A DNA stretch of 64,000 nt, taken from the NCBI GenBank assembly GCA_965261395.1, contig OZ253462.1:448001-512000 (forward strand). The letters are read 5' to 3'. Of this stretch, positions 40,605 through 49,969 are shown in pieces (within the stretch, counting starts at the first letter, position 1; every line of letters starts with the position of its first letter). This DNA is from Candidatus Latescibacterota bacterium. Lineage in GTDB: Bacteria; Latescibacterota; UBA2968; UBA8231. The notes beneath the pieces are model-generated. The model was given only the letters and a program-made list of their open reading frames with translations, was not told the origin of the DNA and searched no databases. A program made the position numbers and the translations under genes.

Positions 40605-42044
40605 GTGAGCGCCTCGCTCTCCCTGGCCACGCGCGCCCTGCGTGGCTTCCTCTGGAATGGCAGCGCCTCCCTTATCCAGCTCGGCGTCATGCTGGTGCTC
40701 TACAAGCTCTTGCCGCTCGACGAGCTGGGCCATTTTGAGTGGGTACTGGCGCTGATAATGCTCCTATCGCTGGTCGGCGACTTAGGTCTGGGCGCAGCCC
40801 TAGTTCAGCTATCAGACGCGGGCGAAGAGTACTTCGACACGGCCTTCTGGACTTGCTTGAGTTGGGGGCTGCTGCTCACTGCCGTGGTCGTCGCCGCATC
40901 CTCTTGGCTGGCCTCTTTTTTAGGGGGCGAAGACCCACACACCTTCGGCCGCGTCTTGCGCACGTTCTGCCTAGCGATCCCCTTCGCCTCATTGGCCGGC
41001 CTATTGCGAGCCAGACTACAGCGCGCCCTCGACTTCCGCGCCGTCGCCCTTTCCGAACTTGTTTCGGTCCTGACCTTTGCCTTCGCGGTGACACTCCTGC
41101 TTTTCTGGCGACCCGAATTGGGCGTCCTAGTCCCGGTCGTCGGATCAGTCGTGCGCGAACTAGGTCTTTTTAGCAGTCTCGCGCTTTCCACCCGCTGGCT
41201 TCCGCGCCGGCGCTTCCGGCCCCAAGCCCTGCGCCAGATCCTTGGCTTTGCCCTGAATCTTACGGGTTCGCGCGTGGTGGCCCTGCTCAATGGCAAGATC
41301 GCTTATCTCTTTATCTTCATACCGCTGGGAGCCACTGCCCAAGCCTACTACAGTTTGGCCGAACGATTGACCTTGCAGCCTTTGACCCGGCTGGCTACGA
41401 CCATCCAGCGCGTCTCCTTTCCGACCTTTTCGACGATCGTGGACGACGACTCGCTCCTGCGTCGTGGCTATTTGTCCTCGGTACAGGGCTTCGTGCTAGC
41501 GCTGGGTCCGGCCCTTACGGGAATATTCGTCTTTGCGCCGGAGATTGCCGCCTTGGTCAACACCGAGCCGATGTGGATGGTGCTGCGCCTGTTAGCCGCA
41601 GCCACGCTTTTGAAAGTAGCCGGCTCCTTGGTCGGCTCGATTTTTATGGCCAAAGGCAAGACCAACTGGGCTTTCTATTGGTCGCTCTTTAGCATGGGGG
41701 TGCTGATCCCGGCACTGTACTTCTATGGCCTGCCGCGTGGCGTCGAAGGCGTGGCCAGCGTCATCGCCGCCGCGGCTTTGCTGTTTTTGCTGCTTTCGCA
41801 GTATCTCGTCAACCGCTTGATCGGCTTGCCTTTTGCAACCTATCTCGCCGCGCTCAGCCGTCCCGGTTTGGTGGTCGCCTTCGTCTTCACCGTTCTCTTG
41901 CTAGCCCGCCCCCTACTGCCTTGGTCGCCGCTCGCCGTCCTCGTTGTCGGTGCGGCCCTCGGCGTCGGCGCGACCTCAGCGGCCCTCTTCCTCTTCGCCC
42001 GCGACCTTTGCCGCACCTACTGGCAGAGCCTGCGCGGCACCTGA
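40605..42044 (+). CDS. Polysaccharide flippase (Wzx/MATE-like)
   Basis: Multiple transmembrane segments, DLGLGAALVQ, LQRALDFR, RVSFPTFS. Confidence 0.85.
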   Translation: MSASLSLATRALRGFLWNGSASLIQLGVMLVLYKLLPLDELGHFEWVLALIMLLSLVGDLGLGAALVQLSDAGEEYFDTAFWTCLSWGLLLTAVVVAASSWLASFLGGEDPHTFGRVLRTFCLAIPFASLAGLLRARLQRALDFRAVALSELVSVLTFAFAVTLLLFWRPELGVLVPVVGSVVRELGLFSSLALSTRWLPRRRFRPQALRQILGFALNLTGSRVVALLNGKIAYLFIFIPLGATAQAYYSLAERLTLQPLTRLATTIQRVSFPTFSTIVDDDSLLRRGYLSSVQGFVLALGPALTGIFVFAPEIAALVNTEPMWMVLRLLAAATLLKVAGSLVGSIFMAKGKTNWAFYWSLFSMGVLIPALYFYGLPRGVEGVASVIAAAALLFLLLSQYLVNRLIGLPFATYLAALSRPGLVVAFVFTVLLLARPLLPWSPLAVLVVGAALGVGATSAALFLFARDLCRTYWQSLRGT

Positions 42045-42122
42045 TTCTACCCCGGGCAAAAATTGCGCAGGGGCCTGTTTTGGAATATGTTTTTAAGGAA
42101 CTACTCTAAAGGAGAGTGCGCT

Positions 42123-43022
42123 ATGAGCGAGATACAAAACGGCCAGACTGGCACCCTGCGCCTCAAGACCGGCCTCGCCGAAATGCTCAAGGGTGGGGTC
42201 ATCATGGACGTCGTCACCGCCGACCAAGCCAAGATCGCCGAAGACGCTGGGGCAACCGCGGTCATGGCGCTGGAAAGAGTGCCCGCCGACATCCGCGCTG
42301 AAGGCGGGGTGTCGCGCATGTCGAGCATCGAAAAGCTGCGCCAGATCATGGAGTCCACCTCCATTCCGGTCATGGCCAAATGCCGCATTGGTCACTTTGC
42401 CGAAGCGCAGATACTCCAAGCCCTCGGGATCGACTACGTCGACGAAAGCGAGGTTCTGACCCCAGCCGACGAGCACTATCACGTCGATAAGTTCGCCTTT
42501 GAAGTGCCCTTCGTCTGCGGCTGCCGCAACCTCGGCGAGGCCCTGCGGCGGATTGGCGAGGGCGCGGCCCTGATCCGCACCAAGGGCGAGGCTGGCTCGG
42601 GCAACATCGTCGAGGCCGTGCGCCACATGCGCTCGGTTACCGACGAGATACGCCGGCTAACGATCCTGCGTCCCGAACAGCTAATGACCGCGGCCAAAGA
42701 CCTAGGCGCGCCTTATGAACTGGTCTGCTGGGTCGCCGAGCACGGCAAGCTGCCGGTGCCCAATTTTGCCGCGGGCGGCGTCGCCACACCGGCTGATGCC
42801 TCGCTGATGATGCAGCTCGGCGCCGAAGCCGTTTTCGTCGGCTCTGGGATCTTTAAGTCCGGCGATCCGTCCAACCGCGCCAAAGCCATCGTCGAGGCCA
42901 CCACCCACTACGACGATCCAGAGGTTCTGATCCGCGTCTCTGAAAACCTCGGCGAGGCCATGGTCGGCATCAACATCGACACCCTCGAAGAGAAGGACAA
43001 ACTACAAACTCGCGGCTGGTAA
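42123..43022 (+). CDS. pdxS: Pyridoxal 5'-phosphate synthase lyase subunit
   Basis: [55 protein letters not shown]. Confidence 0.97.
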   Translation: MSEIQNGQTGTLRLKTGLAEMLKGGVIMDVVTADQAKIAEDAGATAVMALERVPADIRAEGGVSRMSSIEKLRQIMESTSIPVMAKCRIGHFAEAQILQALGIDYVDESEVLTPADEHYHVDKFAFEVPFVCGCRNLGEALRRIGEGAALIRTKGEAGSGNIVEAVRHMRSVTDEIRRLTILRPEQLMTAAKDLGAPYELVCWVAEHGKLPVPNFAAGGVATPADASLMMQLGAEAVFVGSGIFKSGDPSNRAKAIVEATTHYDDPEVLIRVSENLGEAMVGINIDTLEEKDKLQTRGW

Positions 43023-43049
43023 GGCTCCGCACAGATGCAAACGGAAAAC

Positions 43050-43085
43050 GCCCCGTCTCTGCTCTGTCAGGGACGGGGCAATTTT
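43050..43085 (+). terminator. GC-rich hairpin between pdxS and pdxT (possible intrinsic terminator)
   Basis: GCCCCGTCTCTG / CAGGGACGGGGC stem followed by a weak AATTTT tail. Confidence 0.5.
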
Positions 43086-43105
43086 ATGAAGCGTCATCCC
43101 CTGCC

Positions 43106-43134
43106 TCTGTGCTCATCTGCGTTCATCTGCGGAT
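43106..43134. repeat. TCTGCGTTCA intergenic repeat (copy 2)
   Basis: TCTGTGCTCATCTGCGTTCATCTGCGGAT; partial inverted partner CCGCACAGATG at about 43027. Confidence 0.6.
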
Positions 43135-43189
43135 ACTTTGTCGCCGCACACCCGCCGGGAATTGTCAGATAGCTTCTATGGTATAAACA

Positions 43190-43759
43190 ATGATTGGAAT
43201 TTTGGGATTACAAGGCGACTACGCGGCCCACGGCAAAATACTCGACGCCTTGGCAGTCGAATCCCGCGTGGTCAAAAAACCGGAGCAATTGTCCACGGTT
43301 GACGGCCTGATCTTCCCCGGCGGCGAGAGCACGACGCTAATTAAGCTGATGGACTCTTGGGATTTCTGGGCACCGCTGCGGGACTTTGCCGCGGCCGGCA
43401 ATCCCATTTTTGGTACCTGCGCCGGAATGATCCTGTTGGCCAAAGGCGTCTCCAACCCGCCGCAGAAGTCCCTCGGCCTGATCGACATCGACGTCGAGCG
43501 CAACAGCTATGGCCGCCAAGTCAATAGCTTTGAGGGGACGGGCGTTTGGGCGGCGGATGAGCAACCGCGATCGTTGCCGATGATCTTTATCCGCGCGCCC
43601 CGCATCGCGCGGTTGGGCGATGGGGTCGTGGCGCTGGCGACCTGCGGCGACGATGTGGTCGTGGCGCGCCAGGGCCAAATGCTCGTCGCCTCGTTTCATC
43701 CTGAACTGACTAGCGATTTGAGCATCCATCGCTATTTCGTCGCTATGGTTGGGCGCTAG
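43190..43759 (+). CDS. pdxT: PLP synthase glutaminase subunit
   Basis: LQGD, PGGEST, GTCAGMI, RNSYGRQVNSF, FIRAP, FHPEL. Confidence 0.96.
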   Translation: MIGILGLQGDYAAHGKILDALAVESRVVKKPEQLSTVDGLIFPGGESTTLIKLMDSWDFWAPLRDFAAAGNPIFGTCAGMILLAKGVSNPPQKSLGLIDIDVERNSYGRQVNSFEGTGVWAADEQPRSLPMIFIRAPRIARLGDGVVALATCGDDVVVARQGQMLVASFHPELTSDLSIHRYFVAMVGR

Positions 43760-43819
43760 GCAGACGTGCTGCTGAGATCCGCATCGGATTGTGCTATCAA
43801 CATCTAAAAGGAACCGTCC

Positions 43820-44659
43820 ATGATCGTCGATACCCACGTACACATCTGGGAAATGTCAGAGAAATATCCCATCGGACCCACCGCCCCCAACTGGACCTCC
43901 GAGCCGGACGAACCCGCCACCGCCGACGAGTTAATCGAGGACATGGACCAAAACGGCGTTGGCCGCAGCGTCTTGGTGCAGACTAGCTGGTCCACTTGGG
44001 ACAACGGCTACATCGCCGATTCGCAGGCCCGTTTCCCCGACCGCTTTATCGGCCACGGCATGCTCGACCCGCAAAACCCAGACAACGCTGCCCAAGCGCG
44101 TTACTGGATGGAGGAACGCGGTCTGCTCGGTTTTCGCTTCCACCCCATGTACTACCCAGACGAAAAAGTCCTGACCATGCCCCAGAACCGTCCCCTGTGG
44201 GAAGTCCTATACGCAATGGGTGCTGTCATCCAGTTCCATCTCAACGCCGCTTGCGCCGATCAAGTAGCTGAAATCTCCCACCGCCACCCACAGATGCCCC
44301 TGCTATTGGACCACATGGGCTATCCCAACCTCGACGAGCCAGCCGAGGCTTTCCAGCCTATCGTCGAGCTGGCTGGCTTCGACAATGTGGCAGTGAAAAT
44401 ATCGGATGTTCACGGCCGCTCGCGGCAAGATTTTCCCTATGCCGACGTGCATCCCTTCATCCAGCGTCTGCACCAAGCTTTTGGGGCCGAGCGCATGTTG
44501 TGGGGCACCGGCTATCCAGGTCACCATCGCACCAAGCACAACTGGCCGACCCTAGCCGAGGAGTTGCGCCTAGTGCGAGAGGGTTTCGACTTTCTCAGCC
44601 AGCGCGAAAAGGACCAGATGCTAGGCGGTACGGCCGGCCGTATATGGGGACTGACCTAA
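43820..44659 (+). CDS. Amidohydrolase_2 family protein
   Basis: DTHVHIW, LDHMG, VKIS, FGAERMLWGT.YP. Confidence 0.88.
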   Translation: MIVDTHVHIWEMSEKYPIGPTAPNWTSEPDEPATADELIEDMDQNGVGRSVLVQTSWSTWDNGYIADSQARFPDRFIGHGMLDPQNPDNAAQARYWMEERGLLGFRFHPMYYPDEKVLTMPQNRPLWEVLYAMGAVIQFHLNAACADQVAEISHRHPQMPLLLDHMGYPNLDEPAEAFQPIVELAGFDNVAVKISDVHGRSRQDFPYADVHPFIQRLHQAFGAERMLWGTGYPGHHRTKHNWPTLAEELRLVREGFDFLSQREKDQMLGGTAGRIWGLT

Positions 44660-44702
44660 CCTTTGTAAGTTTGCTCATACATAATCCACAAGGGAGGCCC
44701 GC

Positions 44703-46220
44703 ATGACATTGGACACCAGCGACCAAAACATATACCAAGCCATCGGCGTCGAACCCATCATCAACTGCCGTGGCACGTTTACCATCATCGGCGGCTCCGT
44801 CGAACTCCCCGAAGTTGTGGCGGCCATGGAAGCGGCCTCGGGCTATTTCGTCCAGTACGACGAACTCGCCGATGCCGTCGGTCAAAGGCTGGCTGAAATC
44901 ACTGGGGCCGACTGGGGGCTGATTCCGGCGGGCTGCGCCGCTGGCCTCAAGCACATCACTGCGGCTTGCGTCACCGGCGGCAATCCCGAAAAGCTGATCC
45001 GCATCCCGGATTTGACCGGCCTAGACAAAACCCAAGTCATCATCCCCCGGTACTCGCGCAACGCCTACGACCATGCCGTGCGCAGTATCGGCGTCGAAAT
45101 TGTCATGGTCGAAACCCAAGCCGAACTTGAGCGGGCCATCAATCCCCGCACCGCCATGATCTACATAACTACGGGGGCAGGCTCCGCCACCGGCCAGCCG
45201 CTTTCCCTAGAGGTCATTGCTGACGTGGCCCGCCCGCACAAAATTCCCATCCTCGCCGACTCCGCGGCCGAAAACCTCACCATTCCCAATGTCCACTTGC
45301 AAAGGGGGGCCACTGTCGTGGCCTACAGCGGCGGCAAAGCCCTGTGCGGGCCCCAGTGCGCCGGCTTGGTGCTGGGCGACAAAGCCTTGCTGCAGTCGGC
45401 TTGGCAATTCAGTGCGCCGCACCACGGGCCGGGCCGCGACGATAAAATCGGCAAAGAAGAAATCATGGGGATGCTGGCGGCGGTGGAGGCCTGGGTGCGC
45501 CGCGACCACGACGCTGAATGGCAGACTTGGCTGTCCTATCTCGACTATATCGCCCAGCGGGTGCGCGGCATTGACAGCGTATCGACCGAGGTCAGAGACC
45601 CCACCGGCCTGTCCAACCGCGCCCCGGTCCTCACCATTAGCTGGGACCCAGCCGTCTTGCACATTACCGGCGCAGAAGTCGCCGAGGATTTCGCCCGCAA
45701 GACACCCCGCATCGCCGTGGCCAGCGGCGGTGCCAACGGCCGCACCTCCATCGGCATCACGCCCAATCAGATGCAGCCGGGCAACGACCAAGTAGTCGCC
45801 GACCGAATCCACCGCATTTTATCCGCGCAACGCAGTCCCCAATCAACGGAGCTATCCCCTCCGGCAACCGATGTCAGCGGTGCTTGGGACCTCACCATCA
45901 ACTATTCGAGCAGCAGCAGCCAGCACCAGCTATTCCTCGAACAGGAGGGGCATTGGATCGGCGGCACCCATATAAGCGATTTTTCCCAGCAGCAAATCGC
46001 CGGCGTCATCGAAGACGATCAGGTAAAGCTGCGCAGCCAAGTGAGTCGCCCAGGCGATACCATCCCCTTCCTGTTTTCCGGTCGCGCTGCGGAAGACCGC
46101 ATTTCGGGCTCCATTCACCTAGGCGAATACCGCAACGCCGATTTCACCGCCTGCCGCTCCCAGTACGCAAAATCGCCGATCTCTATTGCCATACCTCGCG
46201 GAGCGCCGCTGGCTACCTGA
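44703..46220 (+). CDS. SelA-like/DgaE-like PLP-dependent enzyme with C-terminal extension
   Basis: IINCRGTFTIIGGS, DSAAE, YSGGKALCGPQCAG, R..KIGKEEI. Confidence 0.85.
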   Translation: MTLDTSDQNIYQAIGVEPIINCRGTFTIIGGSVELPEVVAAMEAASGYFVQYDELADAVGQRLAEITGADWGLIPAGCAAGLKHITAACVTGGNPEKLIRIPDLTGLDKTQVIIPRYSRNAYDHAVRSIGVEIVMVETQAELERAINPRTAMIYITTGAGSATGQPLSLEVIADVARPHKIPILADSAAENLTIPNVHLQRGATVVAYSGGKALCGPQCAGLVLGDKALLQSAWQFSAPHHGPGRDDKIGKEEIMGMLAAVEAWVRRDHDAEWQTWLSYLDYIAQRVRGIDSVSTEVRDPTGLSNRAPVLTISWDPAVLHITGAEVAEDFARKTPRIAVASGGANGRTSIGITPNQMQPGNDQVVADRIHRILSAQRSPQSTELSPPATDVSGAWDLTINYSSSSSQHQLFLEQEGHWIGGTHISDFSQQQIAGVIEDDQVKLRSQVSRPGDTIPFLFSGRAAEDRISGSIHLGEYRNADFTACRSQYAKSPISIAIPRGAPLAT

Positions 46221-46295
46221 GTGGCTTCTTTTATCGGATTTCTAACACCAACAGGACTGACCACTAGAACGCTTCCTAATCGAGGCTAGTTAAGA

Positions 46296-49200
46296 ATGAC
46301 TGAGAATCGACTTTCAACACAGGTCGGACAGCGAATATTTCTCAAAGGACATTTCGACGTACCCGTCACCTTGGAAGATATCAGACCCCTCGGTACGGAC
46401 GGATCTGCCGGTTACGAGTGCCGCGTCCGACTGCCCGATGGCGAGCTTGAGGAGGCCGTCATCTCCTCTGAAGAGGCCGCAATCATTTCCGGCGTACAAG
46501 AGAAAGCAGCGGCTCAACCTGCGGATGCGGAAAGGCTGCGACTCCTGATTGAGTCTGCCCGTATCCATCTCGCCTACGCTTATGATCGCCAGTTCGCGGT
46601 CAGTCTGTCCGGCATCCGCACTCTGCCCCACCAGATCGAGGCGGTCTATCTTAAGATGCTGCCACAGCCTCGATTGCGCTTCCTGCTCGCCGACGACCCG
46701 GGCGCGGGTAAAACGATTATGGCCGGCCTCCTCATCAAGGAACTCAAGCTCAGAGAGGCCATCGACCGGTGCCTCATCCTCGCCCCTGCCCCGTTGACCA
46801 TTCAGTGGCAGGACGAGCTGCTCCGTTTTTTCAACGAGTCGTTTCAGATCATCCACTCCGCGAACGACCAGCAGCAGCTTCTGAATCTTTGGGAGCGCGA
46901 ATCCCTGGTCATCTCGTCCATCGACTACGCCAAGCAGGACGAGGTTCGGGAACGGGTCTGGCAGCAGCGGTGGGACCTCATCATCATCGATGAAGCTCAC
47001 AAGTGCAGCGCCTACACGAAGCGCTCGACTGGGCGCGACGACGGAATCGAGCGCACGAAGCGGTACCAGCTCGCGGAGCGGCTCTCGGAACACTGCGACA
47101 ACCTGTTGCTCCTGACAGCGACCCCCCATCACGGTGACGACGACCGGTTCGCGCATTTCATACGCCTCCTCGACCGCGACCTGTTTCCCGAGCCGCATCG
47201 CTCCGACCAAGATGGTCAAATCCGTCGAGAAATCTTGCAACTCGGCGAGAACTGCCCGTGGTCGCTTCGGCGACTGAAGGAGGATCTGAAGGACATGCAC
47301 GGTCGTCGGCTGTTTCCGGACCGCCATGTGCAGACCGTCAGCTTCAACCTCGGACCGGAGGAGTACGCCATCTATAAGGCGGTCACGGCGTACATCAACG
47401 AATACTTGCCGCAGACAACGGGACGTCGCAAGAACAGCGTTGCTCTTGCGCGGACGGTTTTCCAGAGGCGCTTAGCCAGTTCGACTCATGCGATTCACGA
47501 GTCTTTATGCCGCAGGCAGAAGAAGCTGGACGATCTTCTCAGGGAACTCGAAGACCTCCCGCCATCTCAGCGTTCAAGGCGCTTGGCGCAACTGCAAGGG
47601 CGATTGTCCGACGCCGAGCAGGACGAAGACGATCTCGATGAAGCAACCCGTGACGGCCTCATTGACGAGGCGACGGCCGCGGCCGAACTGGATCAACTTC
47701 GGGCAGAGATCGCCGAGTTGGGCGATCTAGTTGCGCGTGTGGGGCGCGTTCGCGAAAGCGGCCGCGACTCTAAGCTGGTCGCGCTACGCAACTGCTTGCA
47801 ACGAGCGGAGTTCGATGAACTGAAGGACGGGCGGGGCAAGCTCCTCATTTTCACCGAGCACCGAGATACGCTGAACCATCTACGGGAGAATATCGAAACG
47901 TGGGGTTACTCGACCTGCGAGATCCACGGTGGCATGAACCCGCGTGAGCGCAAGCAGGCTCAGGAAGATTTCCGGACGAGCCGCCAGATCTGCGTGGCGA
48001 CCGAGGCAGCGGGCGAGGGTATCAACCTTCAGTTTTGCCATCTGATGGTCAACTACGACCTGCCCTGGAACCCGACCCGTCTTGAGCAGCGTCTAGGCCG
48101 TATCCACCGTATCGGACAATCTCGTGATGTATATGCGTTCAATTTCGTCGCAACCTCCTCGGAGGACGGGCAGCCGGTCATAGAGGGCCGCATCCTGGAA
48201 CGGCTCCTGAGCAAACTGGACCGTATGAGGACCGCGCTCGGGGATCGCGTGTTCGATGTGGTCGGCGAAGTGCTTTCCCTCAATAAGGTCAACCTCCCAG
48301 ACATGCTCCGTGAAGTGGCATACGAGCCAAGGCGTCTCGACGACTATCTCGACGTAATTGAGCAAATCGACCCAGAACTGCTTGAGCGTTACGAGGACGC
48401 GACCGGTATCGCTCTGGCACGAGCGCACGTGGATTTCTCCGCCTTCGCGCGGGCGAATCTGGAAGCGGAAGAGCGACGACTCATGCCGCGTTATGTCGAG
48501 TCCTACTTCTTGGACGCGGCCAAAGCCGTCGGGCTTCGCACCGAAGCGAGAGCGGACGGACTCTGGCGGATCGAGCATGTACTTGCCGATCTCCGGTCCG
48601 AGCGTCTCGCCGCCGTCAGGCGACTCGGGAAGCCGGACACAAGCTATCGCAAACTGACCTTCTACAAGGAGCATCTGGAGCAGGATCAGCATTTGGATGC
48701 CGTACTTCTCGGTCCCGGCCACCCGATCTACGCCGCCGTGGACGAGAAGCTGAAAGAACTCCTCAAAGACATTGTGGGACAGACAGCAGTCTATGTGGAT
48801 TCGGTGACCGAGGTACTTTACCGGCTCCACTTCTACGAGATCCTAGTACGAGGCAAGACGACCAAAGACGAGGCAACTACGATTCACGCCGAACTCGTAG
48901 GCGTACGAGAAGAAGTTGGCGAAGGTGTCGCAGCTTCCGACCGTTACAGTATCGTTCCGGCGGATGTGCTCATCGATCTGCCGGCGCATCCGCATCCTCC
49001 CGAGACGTTGTCCGAAATCGACCACAGTCCCGTTAGCGATTACGTTAAGACGACGGTGCAGATGGAACGGCGACAGGATGCCCAAAGTGAGCGGGGCCGC
49101 TATGCCGATGTGGCGCATGATTACCTCAAAAGATCCTTCGAAGCGCGCGTTCGTGCAGCGCAGGACAGGATAATGGCGTTGCGGGCCCGCGAGCCCAAGG

Positions 49201-49838
49201 AACCAGAGGTGTCCCTAGCTCGGCAGCGGGCGGAACAGGATCTGGCCGATCTTGAGCGCACTCGGGAGGAGCGCCTTGTTGGCGTTGCCAGACTTCGTGT
49301 CGCCCGACACGGACCCTTGCGTCACGTCGCAAGCTGCCTTGTGATGCCGCCCGACACCACAGCGGACCGCTTCCCCGAACTTGCCGAGGAACTGGATGCG
49401 GGGTTGAAACGGCGTGTTGAGCTTGCCGCCGAGGACGTCGTCGTTGCTTACGAGGAGACTCAAGGACGCGAGTGCGAACGCGTCGGCCATCTCAAGATCG
49501 GCTTCGATATTCGGAGCTTGGCTCCGCCAAATTCGCAGACGGGCTACCGTGACCCCGTGACCGGGGTGCGGCGCATTGAGGTCAAGGGCCGCAAACAAGG
49601 CCAGCCGGTCAGGCTAACCACAAACGAGTGGTATAAGGCGCAGCAGCTTGGCGACACCTACTGGCTGTACGTGGTTTGGGACCCTTTGGACAACCCCGAC
49701 CCCGTTCCGCTCATGGTCAAGAATCCGGCCAAGCATCTGGACTACGCCAAGAAGGAGGTTGTGGCTGCGCGCTACTACGACCTACCTGCGAACGCTGTGG
49801 AGCAAGCCGCCCGCGATCAGCGGGATGATGGAAAGTGA
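46296..49838 (+). CDS. SWI2/SNF2 helicase fused to a C-terminal DUF3883 (PD-(D/E)XK-like) domain
   Basis: LPHQIEAV, LLADDPGAGKT, DEAH, LTATPH, TEAAGEGINLQ, EQRLGRIHRIGQ; C-terminal GFDIRS...IEVKGR...TNEW...YWLYVV. Confidence 0.92.
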   Translation: MTENRLSTQVGQRIFLKGHFDVPVTLEDIRPLGTDGSAGYECRVRLPDGELEEAVISSEEAAIISGVQEKAAAQPADAERLRLLIESARIHLAYAYDRQFAVSLSGIRTLPHQIEAVYLKMLPQPRLRFLLADDPGAGKTIMAGLLIKELKLREAIDRCLILAPAPLTIQWQDELLRFFNESFQIIHSANDQQQLLNLWERESLVISSIDYAKQDEVRERVWQQRWDLIIIDEAHKCSAYTKRSTGRDDGIERTKRYQLAERLSEHCDNLLLLTATPHHGDDDRFAHFIRLLDRDLFPEPHRSDQDGQIRREILQLGENCPWSLRRLKEDLKDMHGRRLFPDRHVQTVSFNLGPEEYAIYKAVTAYINEYLPQTTGRRKNSVALARTVFQRRLASSTHAIHESLCRRQKKLDDLLRELEDLPPSQRSRRLAQLQGRLSDAEQDEDDLDEATRDGLIDEATAAAELDQLRAEIAELGDLVARVGRVRESGRDSKLVALRNCLQRAEFDELKDGRGKLLIFTEHRDTLNHLRENIETWGYSTCEIHGGMNPRERKQAQEDFRTSRQICVATEAAGEGINLQFCHLMVNYDLPWNPTRLEQRLGRIHRIGQSRDVYAFNFVATSSEDGQPVIEGRILERLLSKLDRMRTALGDRVFDVVGEVLSLNKVNLPDMLREVAYEPRRLDDYLDVIEQIDPELLERYEDATGIALARAHVDFSAFARANLEAEERRLMPRYVESYFLDAAKAVGLRTEARADGLWRIEHVLADLRSERLAAVRRLGKPDTSYRKLTFYKEHLEQDQHLDAVLLGPGHPIYAAVDEKLKELLKDIVGQTAVYVDSVTEVLYRLHFYEILVRGKTTKDEATTIHAELVGVREEVGEGVAASDRYSIVPADVLIDLPAHPHPPETLSEIDHSPVSDYVKTTVQMERRQDAQSERGRYADVAHDYLKRSFEARVRAAQDRIMALRAREPKEPEVSLARQRAEQDLADLERTREERLVGVARLRVARHGPLRHVASCLVMPPDTTADRFPELAEELDAGLKRRVELAAEDVVVAYEETQGRECERVGHLKIGFDIRSLAPPNSQTGYRDPVTGVRRIEVKGRKQGQPVRLTTNEWYKAQQLGDTYWLYVVWDPLDNPDPVPLMVKNPAKHLDYAKKEVVAARYYDLPANAVEQAARDQRDDGK

Positions 49839-49886
49839 AACGGCCGGAATCGTAGATCTCGGAGGCTTTCGATAACCCCACGCCGG

Positions 49887-49915
49887 TTGACGAGAATTCT
49901 GTGGTTCACTATGCT
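49887..49915 (+). promoter_or_regulatory. Sigma70-like internal promoter
   Basis: TTGACG-N17-TATGCT upstream of the DUF932 gene. Confidence 0.6.
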
Positions 49916-49969
49916 GCGCCATGAAAAACGCTACCGTAAGCCGCTTGGGAAACATTCCAAAGAGAATGA

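Noticed and set aside
44703-46220. True selA (selenocysteine synthase)
   Set aside because: No selB, selC or selD adjacent; the motifs fit the SelA-like/DgaE group better.
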